NCBI GenBank assembly: GCA_000043285.1
Contig: BX248583.1
Span: forward strand, 630,001-662,000
Origin: Candidatus Blochmanniella floridana
GTDB taxonomy: Bacteria > Pseudomonadota > Gammaproteobacteria > Enterobacterales > Enterobacteriaceae
Direction: 5' to 3'
DNA length: 32,000 nucleotides
Shown: in pieces, positions 30,617-32,000 of the stretch
Layout: each line of letters begins with the position of its first letter
How positions within the stretch are numbered: position 1 is the first letter of the stretch
Notes under the pieces: model-generated
Databases searched by the model: none
The model's input: the letters and a program-made list of their open reading frames with translations, nothing else
What the model was told of the DNA's origin: nothing
Position numbers and translations under genes: made by a program

Positions 30617-31540
30617 TCAAATCATTGCATCTAACCAACCCCATTTATCTTCAGTTTTTCCCGTAAACAAATTAAAAAATAATTCTTGCAATTTTTTAGT
30701 AATAGGACCTCTTGATCCTGACCCAATTTTAATACCATCCACACTACGTATTGGAGTAATTTCAGCGGCAGTTCCACACATAAATATTTCATCTGCTATA
30801 TATAAAAATTCACGAGATAATAATTCTTCTTTTATCTCGAATCCAACATCCTTCAATAAATTTATAACAGAATCACGAGTAATACCTGACAAAATAGAAG
30901 CGCTAATAGGTGGAGTTAATACAATATTATCTTTAATCACAAATAAATTCTCTCCAGCACCTTCCGAAACATAACCATATATATCTAAAGCAATACCTTC
31001 ATGATAACCATACCTATTGGCTTCATTGCTAATTAACATAGATGATAAATAATTACCACCTGCCTTAGCTAAATTAGGAATAGTATCCGTTGGAACTCTA
31101 CGCCAAGAAGATACTACAACATCAACTCCAGAATTTAAAGAATCTTCCCCTAAATACGCTTTCCAAAAAAAAGCAGCTATAACAACGTCAGCAGTATATT
31201 CAATAATAGGATTAATCTCCATTCCACCAACATTTCCAATAAAAATCAAAGGACGAATATATGCATTAACCAAATTATTTTTTTGAATTAGCATTCTACA
31301 CGCTTGCATTAACTCCAATTTACTTCTAGAAACAGGTATACGATAAATCTTTGCAGAATTCATCAATCTTTGAATATGATCTTGACCTCTAAATATCACT
31401 GGCCCTTTATAAGAATCATAACAACGCATTCCTTCAAAAACTGACGATCCATAATGCAATGCATGAGACATAACATGTACCTTTGCTTTATCCCAAGGTA
31501 CCATATTTCCATTAAACCAAATAAAATCAGATTTTTTCAT
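30617..31540 (-). CDS. ilvE: Branched-chain-amino-acid aminotransferase
   Basis: 307 aa versus 309 in E. coli IlvE. Conserved blocks are IWFNG.MV.W..AKVHVMSHALHYG.SVFEG.RCYDS.KGPV.FR, the PLP-Lys region TIPN.AKAGGNYLSS, SEGAGENLF, GITRD, GTAAEITP.RSVDGI and the C-terminal FTG.TEDKWGWLD. Confidence 0.97.
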   Translation of the reverse strand: MKKSDFIWFNGNMVPWDKAKVHVMSHALHYGSSVFEGMRCYDSYKGPVIFRGQDHIQRLMNSAKIYRIPVSRSKLELMQACRMLIQKNNLVNAYIRPLIFIGNVGGMEINPIIEYTADVVIAAFFWKAYLGEDSLNSGVDVVVSSWRRVPTDTIPNLAKAGGNYLSSMLISNEANRYGYHEGIALDIYGYVSEGAGENLFVIKDNIVLTPPISASILSGITRDSVINLLKDVGFEIKEELLSREFLYIADEIFMCGTAAEITPIRSVDGIKIGSGSRGPITKKLQELFFNLFTGKTEDKWGWLDAMI

Positions 31541-31610
31541 TATATATACCTATTACTAAAAATTTAAATATCCGTATACTTTCTCTACAAACAAAATCAA
31601 AATTACTAAA

Positions 31611-31847
31611 CTATCGAATTTCAACATAACTTATATCAGGTAATTTATTTATTTGAGCATACAACAAATGTACTGCTCTATCACTTACAACAGTTAAAAA
31701 TAATACCACTTGCTTATTATTTAATTGATTACAAGACAACATATTTAACGCATATAATTCAAATCCACGATGTCGTGTAACCCGAAGAATACGTTCTACC
31801 ACTTCTGGATAAAATCTAGCTTTTATATATAAAGAATAATATGTCAT
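31611..31847 (-). CDS. ilvM: Acetolactate synthase II small (regulatory) subunit
   Basis: 78 aa. ARF.PE..ER.LRV.RHRGF....MNM matches E. coli IlvM (87 aa). It lies between ilvG and ilvE, as in ilvGMEDA. Confidence 0.85.
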   Translation of the reverse strand: MTYYSLYIKARFYPEVVERILRVTRHRGFELYALNMLSCNQLNNKQVVLFLTVVSDRAVHLLYAQINKLPDISYVEIR

Positions 31848-31891
31848 TTATAATTTTATATCCTTATTACTTATATTATTATATACCGTAT

Positions 31892-32000
31892 TTATTGTGT
31901 TAACATCACTTCATTCGAAGAACCAGGAGGAACTAATGGCCAAACATTTGCATCCACATCAATCAAAACATGTAATAAAAAAGGACCTTGATAATTAAGT
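31892..32000 (-). CDS. ilvG: Acetolactate synthase II large subunit, 3' end only (runs off the window)
   Basis: The minus-strand translation from the window edge is ..LNYQGPFLLHVLIDVDANVWPLVPPGSSNEVMLTQ*, with the stop TAA at 31894-31892. It matches the E. coli IlvG C-terminus GPYLLHVSIDELENVWPLVPPGASNSEML. It is not in the ORF track because it is truncated by the window edge. Confidence 0.85.
   Translation of the reverse strand, partial: LNYQGPFLLHVLIDVDANVWPLVPPGSSNEVMLTQ

Noticed and set aside
30579-30974. 131-aa plus-strand ORF antisense to the 3' half of ilvE
   Set aside because: It is the longest unexplained ORF in the window, but it overlaps the well-conserved IlvE frame almost entirely and has no recognisable domain or start context. 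I treat it as a stop-free antisense frame artefact. Only ribosome profiling or proteomics could revive it.
1-32000. Search for a novel accessory system (defense island, toxin-antitoxin, CRISPR, integrase or transposase, secretion or biosynthetic cluster, long direct or inverted repeats, DnaA-box cluster)
   Set aside because: Every ORF of meaningful length is a recognisable housekeeping or biosynthetic ortholog in E. coli-like order. I saw no repeat arrays, no integrase or transposase-like ORFs, no exact TTATCCACA boxes and no GC-rich structured-RNA-like islands in the spacers. Claiming a new system here would not be supported.

Overview
This window is a gene-dense, very AT-rich chromosomal segment (by eye about 25-30% G+C, not computed). 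It looks like a reduced-genome gammaproteobacterial (Enterobacterales-derived) insect endosymbiont. The proteins align almost end to end with my recollection of E. coli K-12 orthologs, and the local gene order is E. coli-like apart from many deletions. A complete ilvG-M-E-D-A plus ilvC set, together with aroB/aroK, asd/dapF and hemC/hemD, fits a nutritional symbiont of the Candidatus Blochmannia type. That organism call is an inference and needs a database search. I can support 29 complete protein genes, 2 partial genes at the window edges (rplJ 5' end, ilvG 3' end) and a 4-tRNA operon (Arg-His-Leu-Pro on the minus strand). 27 of the 31 protein genes and all four tRNAs lie on the minus strand, and the plus strand is visibly C>G and A>T. 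I found no mobile element, CRISPR array, prophage, defense, toxin-antitoxin or secondary-metabolite locus, and no convincing previously undescribed system. The window is core housekeeping and biosynthesis. The points worth a second look are: (1) a single tuf gene with tufA context upstream (fusA) and tufB context downstream (secE); (2) a second inversion breakpoint between yhgN and yigL that carries the only GC-rich hairpin seen in the spacers; (3) two long gene-free spacers of 754 bp and 1068 bp at deletion scars; (4) four tRNA genes with no encoded 3' CCA and with wobble pairs in their acceptor stems; (5) a thioredoxin whose active site is WCNPC rather than WCGPC; (6) slippage-prone homopolymer runs of 9-10 nt inside intact genes; (7) a highly conserved Rho in a genome where sense mRNAs are C-poor but antisense RNAs would be C-rich and G-poor; (8) loss of regulators and repair genes (ilvY, rhoL, dam, xerC, uvrD, recQ) from their syntenic positions.
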